This document shows positions 19,934-30,438 of a stretch of DNA of 49,177 nucleotides, one piece after another. The notes below the pieces were generated by a model. It ran no database searches, had not been told where the DNA came from, and worked only from the letters and a program-made list of their open reading frames with translations. Numbering within the stretch: the first letter of the stretch is position 1; each line of letters opens with the position of its first letter. The stretch covers positions 1 to 49,177 of the forward strand of contig JBMYNR010000009.1 in NCBI GenBank assembly GCA_049598495.1. The letters run 5' to 3'. The DNA comes from Opitutales bacterium. GTDB lineage: Bacteria; Verrucomicrobiota; Verrucomicrobiia; Opitutales; Coraliomargaritaceae. The position numbers and the translations under genes are program-made.

Positions 19934-21070
19934 GTGGATAGGCTCGAAGCGAGGGCTATCGGCTTCGTCATTCTGCTGCTTTGTTCCCTCTTTACTATAG
20001 TTCGTGCCGACGGACAGATCGCACCTCGTGCCCCGGTAGGGCTTGTTTGGGAATGCCCCATTGCTGACGGCAGTCTCTATTATACCGAGGTAGAAGCCCT
20101 ACTGAAACTCTACGAGACGGAGGTAGGGGAGGTGCTCGCGCCCGGCGAGCGCGGTCGGGTAGGTCTGAAAATCAACACCCGCAGCGGGCGTGGGCTGAGT
20201 ACCCCCTTGCGGTTGATTCGAGCAACTGTGAAAGCACTTGAAGCGCGTGGTTATGATCGGGACGCAATCCTGATTATCGACGATTCCTCGCACACACTTA
20301 GGCAGGCTGGTGTCATGCCGCCACTGAGCATTTCGGGTGCACGGTTCGAGGGTAGTCCAGTTGTGGCGCTTGATTCCGGTATACATTTCGATCCTAACTG
20401 GTTCTATGATAGCCCCTTGCCACCGGCGCTCCAGCAGGAGTCCCAGTGGGTATCTGATACGAGACGCTCCATACAGTTGGAAGAGGGGGCTGGGGCGCGG
20501 AAGAGTTTCCTCCCGAGGCCACTTATATTCGACGTCGATTTCTGGATCAATCTCGCGGTGGGTGTGGATGATCCTGCGCTCGGCGTGGATGGCGCCTTGG
20601 CCAACGCGACCCTCTGGAATGTGAGTAATAGTCGTCGCTTTCTCGTAAATCAAGCGACAGCTTCTGCCGCGGTGGCTGAGATTGCGGCCATCCCCGAACT
20701 CGAGGAGAGGCTGATTTTGAACTTTGTTTCGCTCGAACGCTATCAGTTCATTGCCGGGCCCTTCTTTAACTCGATCTACACCCGATCTGAGCCGAGGCTC
20801 TGGATGAGTAGTGACCCGGTTGCACTCGACCGTCTCCTGTATGATCGGATGAATGCGATGCGTCTCTTGGAAGGTTTTCCCGAGATCGCGCCTCTTCCGC
20901 GCCAGCTGCCTTTTGCGGCGAGCCTGGGTTTGGGTGAATTCGAACCGGAGCGGATCCGCATCCAGGGCGTTGAATTGGATCCGGACACCGTTCGAACGGC
21001 ACCGAGGACGGATCGTGCGCCCTTGTTGATACCCGATCCGCCTCGGGAAGCTCCCACATTCTTGAATTGA
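19934..21070 (+). CDS. DUF362-like domain protein
   Basis: RVGLKINTRSGRGLST and SSDPVALD resemble DUF362. Start moved to GTG 19934 to avoid overlap with the divergent gene; start uncertain. Confidence 0.6.
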   Translation: MDRLEARAIGFVILLLCSLFTIVRADGQIAPRAPVGLVWECPIADGSLYYTEVEALLKLYETEVGEVLAPGERGRVGLKINTRSGRGLSTPLRLIRATVKALEARGYDRDAILIIDDSSHTLRQAGVMPPLSISGARFEGSPVVALDSGIHFDPNWFYDSPLPPALQQESQWVSDTRRSIQLEEGAGARKSFLPRPLIFDVDFWINLAVGVDDPALGVDGALANATLWNVSNSRRFLVNQATASAAVAEIAAIPELEERLILNFVSLERYQFIAGPFFNSIYTRSEPRLWMSSDPVALDRLLYDRMNAMRLLEGFPEIAPLPRQLPFAASLGLGEFEPERIRIQGVELDPDTVRTAPRTDRAPLLIPDPPREAPTFLN

Positions 21071-21119
21071 GTGCAGAAACACCTTGAATTGAAGGCCAAA
21101 GGCGACTTGTTATCAAACT

Positions 21120-21494
21120 ATGGAAATCGCGGACTATTATCCGATACTCATACAAATTACCATTGCGGCCAGTATTGGTGCTGTCGTCCTGCTCGCGTCG
21201 AACATCTTCGGGCAGCGCGCCGGCACGACGGAGATCAAGGATTCCCCTTATGAATGTGGCATGCTTGCCGAGGGCTCTGGGCATGCGCGATTTGCAGTCA
21301 AGTTCTACGTGACAGCGATGCTCTTTATTCTTTTCGATATCGAAGTTGTATTCCTTATCCCGTGGGTGCTTGTTTTTCGTGAATTTCTGGCGGTGAACCT
21401 TCCCATTGTTATCCCCGTCTTTTTCTTTCTCTTTGTCCTCGTCCTCGGGCTATTTTATGAGTTAAAGAAGGGTGCGATTGAATGGGAGCAGTAA
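21120..21494 (+). CDS. nuoA: NADH-quinone oxidoreductase subunit A
   Basis: KDSPYECG, FYVTAMLFILFDIEVVFL, YELKKGAIEW. Confidence 0.95.
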   Translation: MEIADYYPILIQITIAASIGAVVLLASNIFGQRAGTTEIKDSPYECGMLAEGSGHARFAVKFYVTAMLFILFDIEVVFLIPWVLVFREFLAVNLPIVIPVFFFLFVLVLGLFYELKKGAIEWEQ

Positions 21495-21634
21495 ACCGGT
21501 TGATTGGACGGAACTTGTTGGATGTAAGATGGTTGTTGTCTTTCGCCAACTTTCTACGATATTTAAAACTGGCGGTCCGATCGGTCGCTCATATTCAAAC
21601 TCTGTCAAATTCCAAAAAACCAGTTAGCTGCTAA

Positions 21635-22996
21635 ATGCGCATCGATCGATACATCGCCCAATCCCGTGTCATTGACCTCGAGAGCACGGATTTTGAGAGC
21701 GCTGTATCGGAACTTTTGGAAGTCTGTGACTTTTCGAAGGAGCGGGGTATCTCAAAGAAGAAACTACTCGCCGAACTCATGATGCGCGAGGAGCAGATGA
21801 CGACCTATCTTGGGAGCGGTGTCTGTCTGCCCCACTGCCGCGTGAAAATGAAGCGGCCTTACATGGTCGCTGTGGGGCGCTGCCCCAACGGTCTCGTCTA
21901 TGATGGGCAAACGGAATATCACGAGATTCGTTATATTTTCCTTCTTCTCGCATCGGAGAATGCCCGAAGCTATCTCTACAGTCTGGCATCACTCGCTCGT
22001 GTATTCCAGGATCAAGGTCATATGGACCGCTTGCGGTCGGCCGAAAAGCTCGGTGATTTCCGGAAGGAGCTGAAGTTGGTTTTCGGAGGTGAAGAGGGTA
22101 AGCCACGCCGGCGTCATAACCGCTTTAATAACCTCATCTTAAAGGAGGCGGCGAAGATCGCTAAGGGAGCACAATGCACCTCGGTCTTGGTCTTTTCCGA
22201 CACCTTTGGTGGCGGGGTTGAATTAGGTAAGACGATCTTCAGGAGTTTTAAGACCGTTCTGATCTCGCACGGAACCTCAGAGGCAATTACCGAGCGCGAG
22301 GAGGTGGACTCGGTCATTCCTATCCGCTCGTATAGCAACCATCGTTTTTCTCAGCTGCGCAGTGCTGTCTTGATTGGTTTAACTCGGGGGATTTTCTCTA
22401 GTCACGATCGACTTTGCTGTATCGGCGGTCTGCCCCAGAGTAACCAGTTTGATAGTATCACGGTGGTGGATGTTGAGCGCGAGTTTGATACGATGCTTGC
22501 GAGCAAGTCGGATATGTTGCCGGCAAGTGTGAGGCCCGAGGTGATTGAACGGGTTTTAGCAATTGCGACTGAATTGGCGGTCGAGGGGCGCGAGGGGCAT
22601 CCTGTTGGCTGTCTGTTTACACTCGGGAATGCTGAATTGATCGCCGAATATACGAAGCCACTCATTCTGAATCCTTTCTTCGGTTACAAGGACGAGGATC
22701 GAAATATTCTGAACCCATTTATGGACGAGACCGTTAAGGAGCTATCATCTATTGACGGTGCCTTTGTTATTCGCGGTGACGGTGTCCTCGTATCTGCCGG
22801 ATCCTTGCTACATGCTCCGGACTACGATCATGATTTACCAAGTGGGCTTGGTAGTCGCCATGCGGCGGCCGCTTCGATTACCCAAGCGGTTGATTGCCTC
22901 TGTATTGTGGTTTCCGGAAGCACGGGGCAGGTGACTCTCTTCCGGCGTGGCAAGATGCTACCACTGATTGAGAAGGCATTGCTTCGGAATAGTTGA
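21635..22996 (+). CDS. PTS EIIA domain fused to a DacZ-like diadenylate cyclase (DisA_N) domain
   Basis: N-terminal REEQMTTYLGSGVCLPHCR (EIIA_2 phospho-His motif). C-terminal EGREGHPVG, SSIDGAFVI (DGA) and GLGSRHAAA. Confidence 0.85.
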   Translation: MRIDRYIAQSRVIDLESTDFESAVSELLEVCDFSKERGISKKKLLAELMMREEQMTTYLGSGVCLPHCRVKMKRPYMVAVGRCPNGLVYDGQTEYHEIRYIFLLLASENARSYLYSLASLARVFQDQGHMDRLRSAEKLGDFRKELKLVFGGEEGKPRRRHNRFNNLILKEAAKIAKGAQCTSVLVFSDTFGGGVELGKTIFRSFKTVLISHGTSEAITEREEVDSVIPIRSYSNHRFSQLRSAVLIGLTRGIFSSHDRLCCIGGLPQSNQFDSITVVDVEREFDTMLASKSDMLPASVRPEVIERVLAIATELAVEGREGHPVGCLFTLGNAELIAEYTKPLILNPFFGYKDEDRNILNPFMDETVKELSSIDGAFVIRGDGVLVSAGSLLHAPDYDHDLPSGLGSRHAAAASITQAVDCLCIVVSGSTGQVTLFRRGKMLPLIEKALLRNS

Positions 22997-23078
22997 TTAC
23001 AGGTGCGACGGTAGTAAGGTAAAAGGTGCTAAAGTTTAACCTTTCCCCTGTTCAACTTTCCCACATTCATACTTTTTT

Positions 23079-23888
23079 ATGAATCGTATCGAAAGAGCCT
23101 TCGCTAACGCACGTGAGCAGAACCGCGCCGCCTTTGTCGGGTACCTCTGTGCGGGCGACCCGAATTTTGAGAGCTCGCTTGAAGCCTGTCGTGCCGTGGT
23201 CGAGTCCGGTGTCGATATCCTCGAGTTGGGTGTGCCGTTCTCGGACCCTTTGGCGGACGGATTGACCAATCAACTGGCGGCGCAGCGTGCCCTCGAAAGT
23301 GGTATGACCAGCGAGCGCGTCCTGGAACTCGTTCGGGCGGTTCGTCAGTTCAGCGAGGTGCCGATCGTATTTTATACCTACTATAACCTCGTGTTTGCGC
23401 AGGGGAGTGAGCAATACGCCGAACGTGCCAAAGCTGCGGGAGTGGATGGGATCCTTACCTTGGATCTTCCCCCCGAGGAGGCCGGCGATCATATAGAGGC
23501 CTGTGCCAAGCATGGTATTAAGACAATTTGTATCGTGGCGCCGACCACGCCCGATTCTCGACTGGATGTTATCTGTAAAGCGACGACAGGTTTCGTTTAC
23601 TACGTCTCGCGCGAGGGGGTGACGGGTGAGCAAGCCTCCATGTCGGAGGGAATCCGTGATCGGGTTGAGACGATCAAACAATACACGGACCTCCCAGTGG
23701 TCGTTGGTTTTGGGATCTCTAATCCGGAGCATGTCAACACGGTGGCACAAGCGGCCGACGGTGTCGTTGTCGGGAGTGCAATCGTCAATTGCATTGCTGA
23801 GAATCCGGAGGATACCGATGCAATCAGTGGAGCCTTGCGTTGTAAAATGGGTTTTCTGCTGGAGGGAGAGGCGCTGTCCAAAGCCTGA
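23079..23888 (+). CDS. trpA: Tryptophan synthase alpha chain
   Basis: AGDP, LELGVPFSDPLADG, YVSREGVTG, VGFGIS, GVVVGSA. Confidence 0.96.
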   Translation: MNRIERAFANAREQNRAAFVGYLCAGDPNFESSLEACRAVVESGVDILELGVPFSDPLADGLTNQLAAQRALESGMTSERVLELVRAVRQFSEVPIVFYTYYNLVFAQGSEQYAERAKAAGVDGILTLDLPPEEAGDHIEACAKHGIKTICIVAPTTPDSRLDVICKATTGFVYYVSREGVTGEQASMSEGIRDRVETIKQYTDLPVVVGFGISNPEHVNTVAQAADGVVVGSAIVNCIAENPEDTDAISGALRCKMGFLLEGEALSKA

Positions 23889-23921
23889 GAGGCGGGTGTT
23901 TCCCAAAGCTGTATGATTCTC

Positions 23922-24953
23922 TCAGGCGTTCTTCTGCCCGGTGACCACTTCCATTAGAGCTTCGACGCATTCGATCTTTGCGCTAGGGATCATTCCGTGG
24001 CCCAAGTTAAAGATGAATCCGGGTTGGTTACCGGCATCCTTCAAGACGCGTTTTGCCTCCTGCCGGGTAATTTCAGGTGTTGTCGTCAAGGTGGCCGGGT
24101 CTAGATTTCCCTGTACCGAAGCGCCGCGACCGATGTTTTGACGCATTTCGCCGAGATGGATGGTCCAGTCCAGACTAATGACATTGGCGCCTGTATGTAT
24201 GAGTTCCGGCGACCTATGTCCCATGCCCTTTGCGTAGAGTATGACGGGCACCTGTCCCTTGAGTGAGTGGATGATTTGATGGATCCAGCGTAACGACCAA
24301 GCTTCGTATTGCGTCGCCGGGCAGATAGAACCCCATGAATCAAAGATCTGGAGTGCGTCCACACCCGCATCCATCTGCATGTGCAGATATTCGATAATGG
24401 CTTGCGTCAGTTTCTGCATGAGCAGTTCAAAGAGCTCAGGTTGGTCCCATGCCAGTTTTTTGATAGCGATGAAATCCTTGGCTGAGCCGCCTTCGACCAT
24501 ATAGCAGGCGAGCGTCCAGGGGGAGCCACAGAAGCCCAGTAGCGCGGTGTCCTCGCCAAGTTTTGATCGTGTAAGTAAGAGCGCGTCGGCAACATATTTC
24601 AGACGCTCAGCCACTTTATTCGGATCAAGTGCGAGAATCTTATCCTTGCTATCGAGCAAGTAGTCCATGCCGATGCCCCCTTGGTCGCGAAAGTGATAGC
24701 CCTGGCCGAGTGCTTCCGGAATTACAAGTATGTCCGAAAAGATGATGGCGGCGTCGAGAGGAAAGCGTTTCAGCGGCTGCAGTGTGACCTCAGTCGCAAG
24801 TTCGGGACTGCGAACCATGGTTAGGAAGTCATGCTTCTCCTTGAGGGCGCGATACTCCGGCAGGTAACGGCCGGCTTGACGCATAAGCCAGATGGGCGGC
24901 CGGTCAACCGGGCGCTGTTGTGCGGCGGCAAGGAAACGTTGGCGAGGGGTCAT
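23922..24953 (-). CDS. hemE: Uroporphyrinogen decarboxylase
   Basis: PIWLMRQAGRYLPEY, AAIIFSDIL, QIFDSW, FNLGHG. Confidence 0.97.
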   Translation of the reverse strand: MTPRQRFLAAAQQRPVDRPPIWLMRQAGRYLPEYRALKEKHDFLTMVRSPELATEVTLQPLKRFPLDAAIIFSDILVIPEALGQGYHFRDQGGIGMDYLLDSKDKILALDPNKVAERLKYVADALLLTRSKLGEDTALLGFCGSPWTLACYMVEGGSAKDFIAIKKLAWDQPELFELLMQKLTQAIIEYLHMQMDAGVDALQIFDSWGSICPATQYEAWSLRWIHQIIHSLKGQVPVILYAKGMGHRSPELIHTGANVISLDWTIHLGEMRQNIGRGASVQGNLDPATLTTTPEITRQEAKRVLKDAGNQPGFIFNLGHGMIPSAKIECVEALMEVVTGQKNA

Positions 24954-25019
24954 CTTGAGAGAAGTTGAGTGATGAATAATGTTAGTTGTTTGGGTGGCTT
25001 ATCTTTCAACTGGCAACGA

Positions 25020-25970
<951 letters not shown>

Positions 25971-25996
25971 TCATACTACAAGCTCTGGAGAAAGAA

Positions 25997-26899
25997 ATGG
26001 CGACTACCGAACAGCTTCCTGATTCCGTGATGATATTCGGCTGTGGCTACGTGGGCCGTGCGCTAGCAGAGTATCTCCTCGGAGCAGGTGTCCGAGTCGG
26101 CGCCCTGACTCGCAATGAGACGAAGGCTGAATCGCTCGAATCGCTCGGAGTCGATGAGGTGATTGTCGCTGAGCTCGACGACACTGTTTGGCACGCGCAG
26201 GTTAAAAAGAGCTATCAGGCGGTGGTCAATTGCGTGAGCTCCGCAGGTGGGGGAATTGACGGCTACCGTAAATCCTATGTTCAGGGCCAAGCTGCTATTC
26301 TCGACTGGGCGCGCTCGCGGAATCTTAGGTGCTACATTTACACCAGTAGCACATCCGTGTATCCACAAGACGGTGGCGTGACAGTCCATGAGTCTACAGA
26401 TAGCACGGAGGCACCGGCGACTGGCCAAGTGCTGCTTGAGGCTGAGGCGATGCTCAGTGGGGCCGAAGGCGTCTGTCAAAGTTGGTATGTGCTGCGCCTC
26501 GCGGGCATCTACGGGCCGGGGCGGCATTTTCTGCTCAATCAACTCCGGGAAGGAGGAGGTGAGATCCCTGGCCGTGGTGATTATGCGATGAATATGATCC
26601 ATCTTGACGATGTCGTTTCGGCGATTACCGCAGCGCTTTATGGGGCGGCACCTTCGGGTATTTATAACATCACGGATGATGCCCCCGCGAGCAAACAAAG
26701 GGTGCTTTCATATTTGGCCGCACAGCTTAACATGTCCGAACCGGTCTTTAATCCGGATAAGATTTCCGAGCGTTTGAAGCGACGCGGCGGTCGCATGCCG
26801 CATCGATTTGTCAGTAATGCCAAGGCACGCAACCTACTTGACTGGACGCCGAAGTATCCAAGCTATCGAGAGGGCTATGGGAGCCTCCTAGTCGACTAA
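25997..26899 (+). CDS. NAD-dependent epimerase/dehydratase (YeeZ-like SDR)
   Basis: IFGCGYVG, YTSSTSVY, LRLAGIYGPGR, NMIHLDD. Confidence 0.88.
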   Translation: MATTEQLPDSVMIFGCGYVGRALAEYLLGAGVRVGALTRNETKAESLESLGVDEVIVAELDDTVWHAQVKKSYQAVVNCVSSAGGGIDGYRKSYVQGQAAILDWARSRNLRCYIYTSSTSVYPQDGGVTVHESTDSTEAPATGQVLLEAEAMLSGAEGVCQSWYVLRLAGIYGPGRHFLLNQLREGGGEIPGRGDYAMNMIHLDDVVSAITAALYGAAPSGIYNITDDAPASKQRVLSYLAAQLNMSEPVFNPDKISERLKRRGGRMPHRFVSNAKARNLLDWTPKYPSYREGYGSLLVD

Positions 26900-27318
26900 A
26901 GGATTTACTTGAAGTAGATTACGAAACTGATGCCCCTGATTATGATGCGGGGGGCGAAGTGGTATGGATCCCCCAATGCTGTAGTCGGCGCTCTGCCTTG
27001 AGGGCTGCTATTCAAGCGGAGACCTCTTTGTTGAAAGTTTCTCCCAAAGAACGATCCTGTAGCGATCTTGCACGGGCCAGTGTGACATTCCTTCAAACCT
27101 ATAATTTTTAAGGACTGGTGTGCCATCGCCACGATCGTCCCATCGGGTCACAGCTATCTCAACTTGTTAAGGGTGGGTTCCTTTTTTCGGGCTTAAAGTA
27201 TCGTCGGGAAATAGGTTGGTTGCGATTTTAAAAAACCAGAACGGACTATTGACAAGTCCGATACGAATCAAAGCATGTGCCTTCTTTACCGTAAGACAAT
27301 CGTAAGTCTCTTGCGGGA

Positions 27319-27399
<81 letters not shown>

Positions 27400-27556
27400 T
27401 TCTTCGCTGAGGCTACGGATGGATCGTTTTGAGGTTTTGTTATCCCGGGGGCAGGACGAGAACCCGCGAAGAAGCGGGTTTGACGAAAGGTTTTCAGGCA
27501 CGACTGTGCCGCCCGGAAAACCTGAAGATGGCGAAGCAGTCCCGTTTACCACCCCA
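27400..27556 (+). ncRNA. RtT-like tRNA-linked element ending in a 19-nt duplicate of the tRNA-His 3' end
   Basis: AGTCCCGTTTACCACCCCA at 27381-27399 and 27538-27556; internal GGACGAGAACCCGC-GAAGAA-GCGGGTTTGACG. Confidence 0.7.
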
Positions 27557-28125
27557 TTTTCTTCAGTCGCGAAATTAAAACGCGGGAGAGCCACAAAATA
27601 TGGTTCACAGTTTAATCCCCTCAAGTTGTTTAAAATCTAGTGTAACCGTACAGGCCAACCATAGCACGGCGTGAGATGCGGTGCCAAAGTTCTTTGAAAT
27701 TTAACGCGAAAAGCAGCATTCTGGGCTATGAACCAATAGACTTAAGCGAGCATGCTCCTTGATTCTGATGCCAAGCAGAGTGTTTTCACTCAACGGCTGG
27801 GTATCATCGGTAAGTCTGATGTGATCCCGCTTTTGTTAAGACGTCTTCAAACTTCGCCTACGCTGAGCACATTGTTCGTCAAGCTGCCCAGAGGGCACCC
27901 GCTTCCTCTCCCTTCGGGCTACGCCATCTCCGTGCTGTCGCACTTCGTCAAATGACTAGCCCTCCTCGCGCCACTTGTCCCTGTTGACCTCATCCGACGC
28001 TCTTGCTTCTTTCAGCCTACGTGCGAACTTGACTATGGTATGAATGCGACTGCTCATGTTATGTGAAAGGTTGACCATTTCTGTCGTTACTTGACGGAGC
28101 AAAGTTATTTTCTCTGAATCTTAGA

Positions 28126-28371
28126 ATGCCGACAGTTTTACTGATAGGTCCCTACAAATTTTACTTTTACAGTCATGAGCCAAACGAACCGGCTCATGTG
28201 CACGTGGATCGGGATGCTCAATCAGCAAAAATCTGGCTTGAGCCTGTCACATTAGCGCGTAACTTTGGTTTCAGTGCTCACGAACTTCGCGAAATCATTT
28301 CACTGGTATCAGAGTATCAACAACAATTAAAAGAATCTTGGAATGGGTATTTTGGCAACACAGGCCGATGA
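28126..28371 (+). CDS. DUF4160 family protein (toxin-antitoxin partner)
   Basis: MPTVLLIGPYKFYFYSHEPNEPAHVHV...AKIWL...W N-terminal pattern. Confidence 0.85.
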   Translation: MPTVLLIGPYKFYFYSHEPNEPAHVHVDRDAQSAKIWLEPVTLARNFGFSAHELREIISLVSEYQQQLKESWNGYFGNTGR

Positions 28372-28606
28372 GCGTGTAAAAGACGTTCAGATTGACGCAG
28401 ATGCACTTCAAGTAGATCTGATGGATGGTCGTAGCATCCGTGTGCCACTGGCATGGTATCCGCGTTTGTTCGAAGCATCTCAGCCCGAGCAGGCGAACTG
28501 GGAGCGCTGTGGCGGCGGCTACGGCATCCACTGGCCTGATATCGATGAGCATCTCTCTACAGAGGGCTTGTTACGAGGCGCACCAGCTCCACGAATGACA
28601 GCATAA
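28343..28606 (+). CDS. DUF2442 family protein (toxin-antitoxin partner)
   Basis: LMDGRSIRVPLAWYPRL...GIHWPDIDEHLS; overlaps the DUF4160 gene. Confidence 0.87.
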   Translation: MGILATQADERVKDVQIDADALQVDLMDGRSIRVPLAWYPRLFEASQPEQANWERCGGGYGIHWPDIDEHLSTEGLLRGAPAPRMTA

Positions 28607-29096
28607 GTTGAGTCACTAAGTCCCGAAGTTTAGCCGAAAAGTTCGAGGAGTGTATCGAACGGGCATCCGTTCTCCGTGAATTGGTTATGATTACGGTGTT
28701 GCTAGGCACTCCATCCTTCGCTAAGGTTGCCTACGCATGGTGGGTCTACACCAAAGGTTGGGGACAAGAGCGATTGATAATGGATTGGCGTGACGAATGG
28801 TTGGAGGACTTTTACTTCTTTCAAGCGTGCACTTTTTAACCACTCATCATACGCTGATGTTCGGTTGTCGTTTTCAGTCTTTGTCGGATTGGATAAGTGG
28901 TTATTCGTGGTGATCAGCGGTATAAAAATCGCTCCGCGTGCGTTTATGTCGGCGCTGCGCGTCTCGGAATAAGTCCCGCCCTGATTACCATACCAGTCCG
29001 CGGTCTTAGTGGGCTTTGTTTTGCTTGAGGTGGGGCATCGGCAAATTTTCGCTTTGCGGTTTTGACCTCGAGGCCGAAATCGTTCGCATTGCTGGT

Positions 29097-30206
29097 ATGG
29101 AAGCGAACTACACGAAACTGGCTGGCATACTGACCGGCTTTTCTACCACTCTTCAAGAGGGGGAACGCGTCTTGATCGACGCCTTCGATATTCCCGAGGG
29201 CATGGTGATTGCACTGGTTCGTGCAGCGCGTGAGCGGGGTGCGGTGCCCTTTGTGAATCTTCAGCGGGCGCGGATCAGTCGTGAGTTGGTCAACGATCTT
29301 GATGCCGAGCAGTTTGAAACGCAGGCTACCTGGGAGCTCGCGCGGATGCAAAAGATGCACGCCTATATCGCGGTGCGCGGCTCGGATAATATTTTTGAGA
29401 TGTCGGATGTGGATCCACTCAAGGTTAGCCAAGTGATGCGGGCTATGAAGACTGTCCTCGACTACCGTGTCAATAAGACCAAGTGGGTGATCCTACGCTG
29501 GCCGACTCCGGCCATGGCTCAGCAGGCGATGATGAGCACCGAGAGCTTCGAGGAGTTCTTTTTCCGTGTTTGCACCCAGGACTATAGCCGGATGACGGAG
29601 GGCATGGCGGCCCTCGAGAAGCTGATGACCGCGACCGATCGCGTTGAGTTGAAGGGCCCCGATACAGACCTGAGATTCTCGATGAAGGGAATTAGAGCGG
29701 TGGCTTGTGGCGGCAGGCATAATATTCCCGATGGCGAGGTCTTCTCCTGTCCGTTACGTGATTCGGTCGAGGGCGAGATCACTTACAACGCACCGACCGT
29801 TTATCAAGGCACGTCGTTCGATCGTATCCATCTGAAATTTGAAAAGGGCAGGATCGTGCATGCCGACGGCACGAATTCCGAGCGCTTGAACGACATCCTC
29901 GATTCCGATGAGGGTGCCCGCTACATTGGTGAGTTTGCGATCGGCTTCAACCCGCACATTCTCGAGCCGATGCGTGATATCCTCTTTGACGAAAAGATTG
30001 CCGGTTCCTTTCACTTCACGCCGGGGCAGGCCTATGAGGAAGCGGACAACGGGAACCGCTCACAGGTCCATTGGGATATGGTGCAAATCCAGCGTCCGGA
30101 ATACGGCGGGGGCGAGATCTGGTTCGACGGGGAGCTCATCCGCAAGGACGGACTCTTTGTCAAAGAGGAGCTGAAGAAGCTCAATCCGGACTACCTGCTT
30201 GGGTGA
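29097..30206 (+). CDS. Aminopeptidase, peptidase M29 family (AmpS/AmpT-like)
   Basis: [36 protein letters not shown]. Confidence 0.92.
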   Translation: MEANYTKLAGILTGFSTTLQEGERVLIDAFDIPEGMVIALVRAARERGAVPFVNLQRARISRELVNDLDAEQFETQATWELARMQKMHAYIAVRGSDNIFEMSDVDPLKVSQVMRAMKTVLDYRVNKTKWVILRWPTPAMAQQAMMSTESFEEFFFRVCTQDYSRMTEGMAALEKLMTATDRVELKGPDTDLRFSMKGIRAVACGGRHNIPDGEVFSCPLRDSVEGEITYNAPTVYQGTSFDRIHLKFEKGRIVHADGTNSERLNDILDSDEGARYIGEFAIGFNPHILEPMRDILFDEKIAGSFHFTPGQAYEEADNGNRSQVHWDMVQIQRPEYGGGEIWFDGELIRKDGLFVKEELKKLNPDYLLG

Positions 30207-30366
30207 TTGGATTGTAGCACAGGCATCCCTGCCTGTGTTGGCGCATTATCTTGGATTGTAGCACAGGCATCCCTGCCTGTGTTGGCGTGTCATCTTGGAT
30301 TGTAGCACAGGCAGCATCCCTGACTGTGTTGGCGCGTCATCTCACAGGCAAGGATGCCTGTGCTAC
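30207..30366. repeat. REP cluster: three 44-bp direct units plus one inverted REP
   Basis: TTGGATT-GTAGCACAGGCATCCCTGCCTGTG-TTGGCG units start at 30207, 30251 and 30295; inverted CACAGGCAAGGATGCCTGTGCTAC at 30343-30366. Confidence 0.9.
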
Positions 30367-30438
30367 GGGGGGAGGCGTAGATTTCCCGAAAATCCCCCTT
30401 GCCAGACCCACTTTAGCATCGCTTGCTAGGATGGAGAA

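Noticed and set aside
30207..30340. Possible mini CRISPR array
   Set aside because: The intervening sequences are nearly identical and very short, the repeat is a GTAG REP palindrome with an inverted partner, and there are no cas genes.
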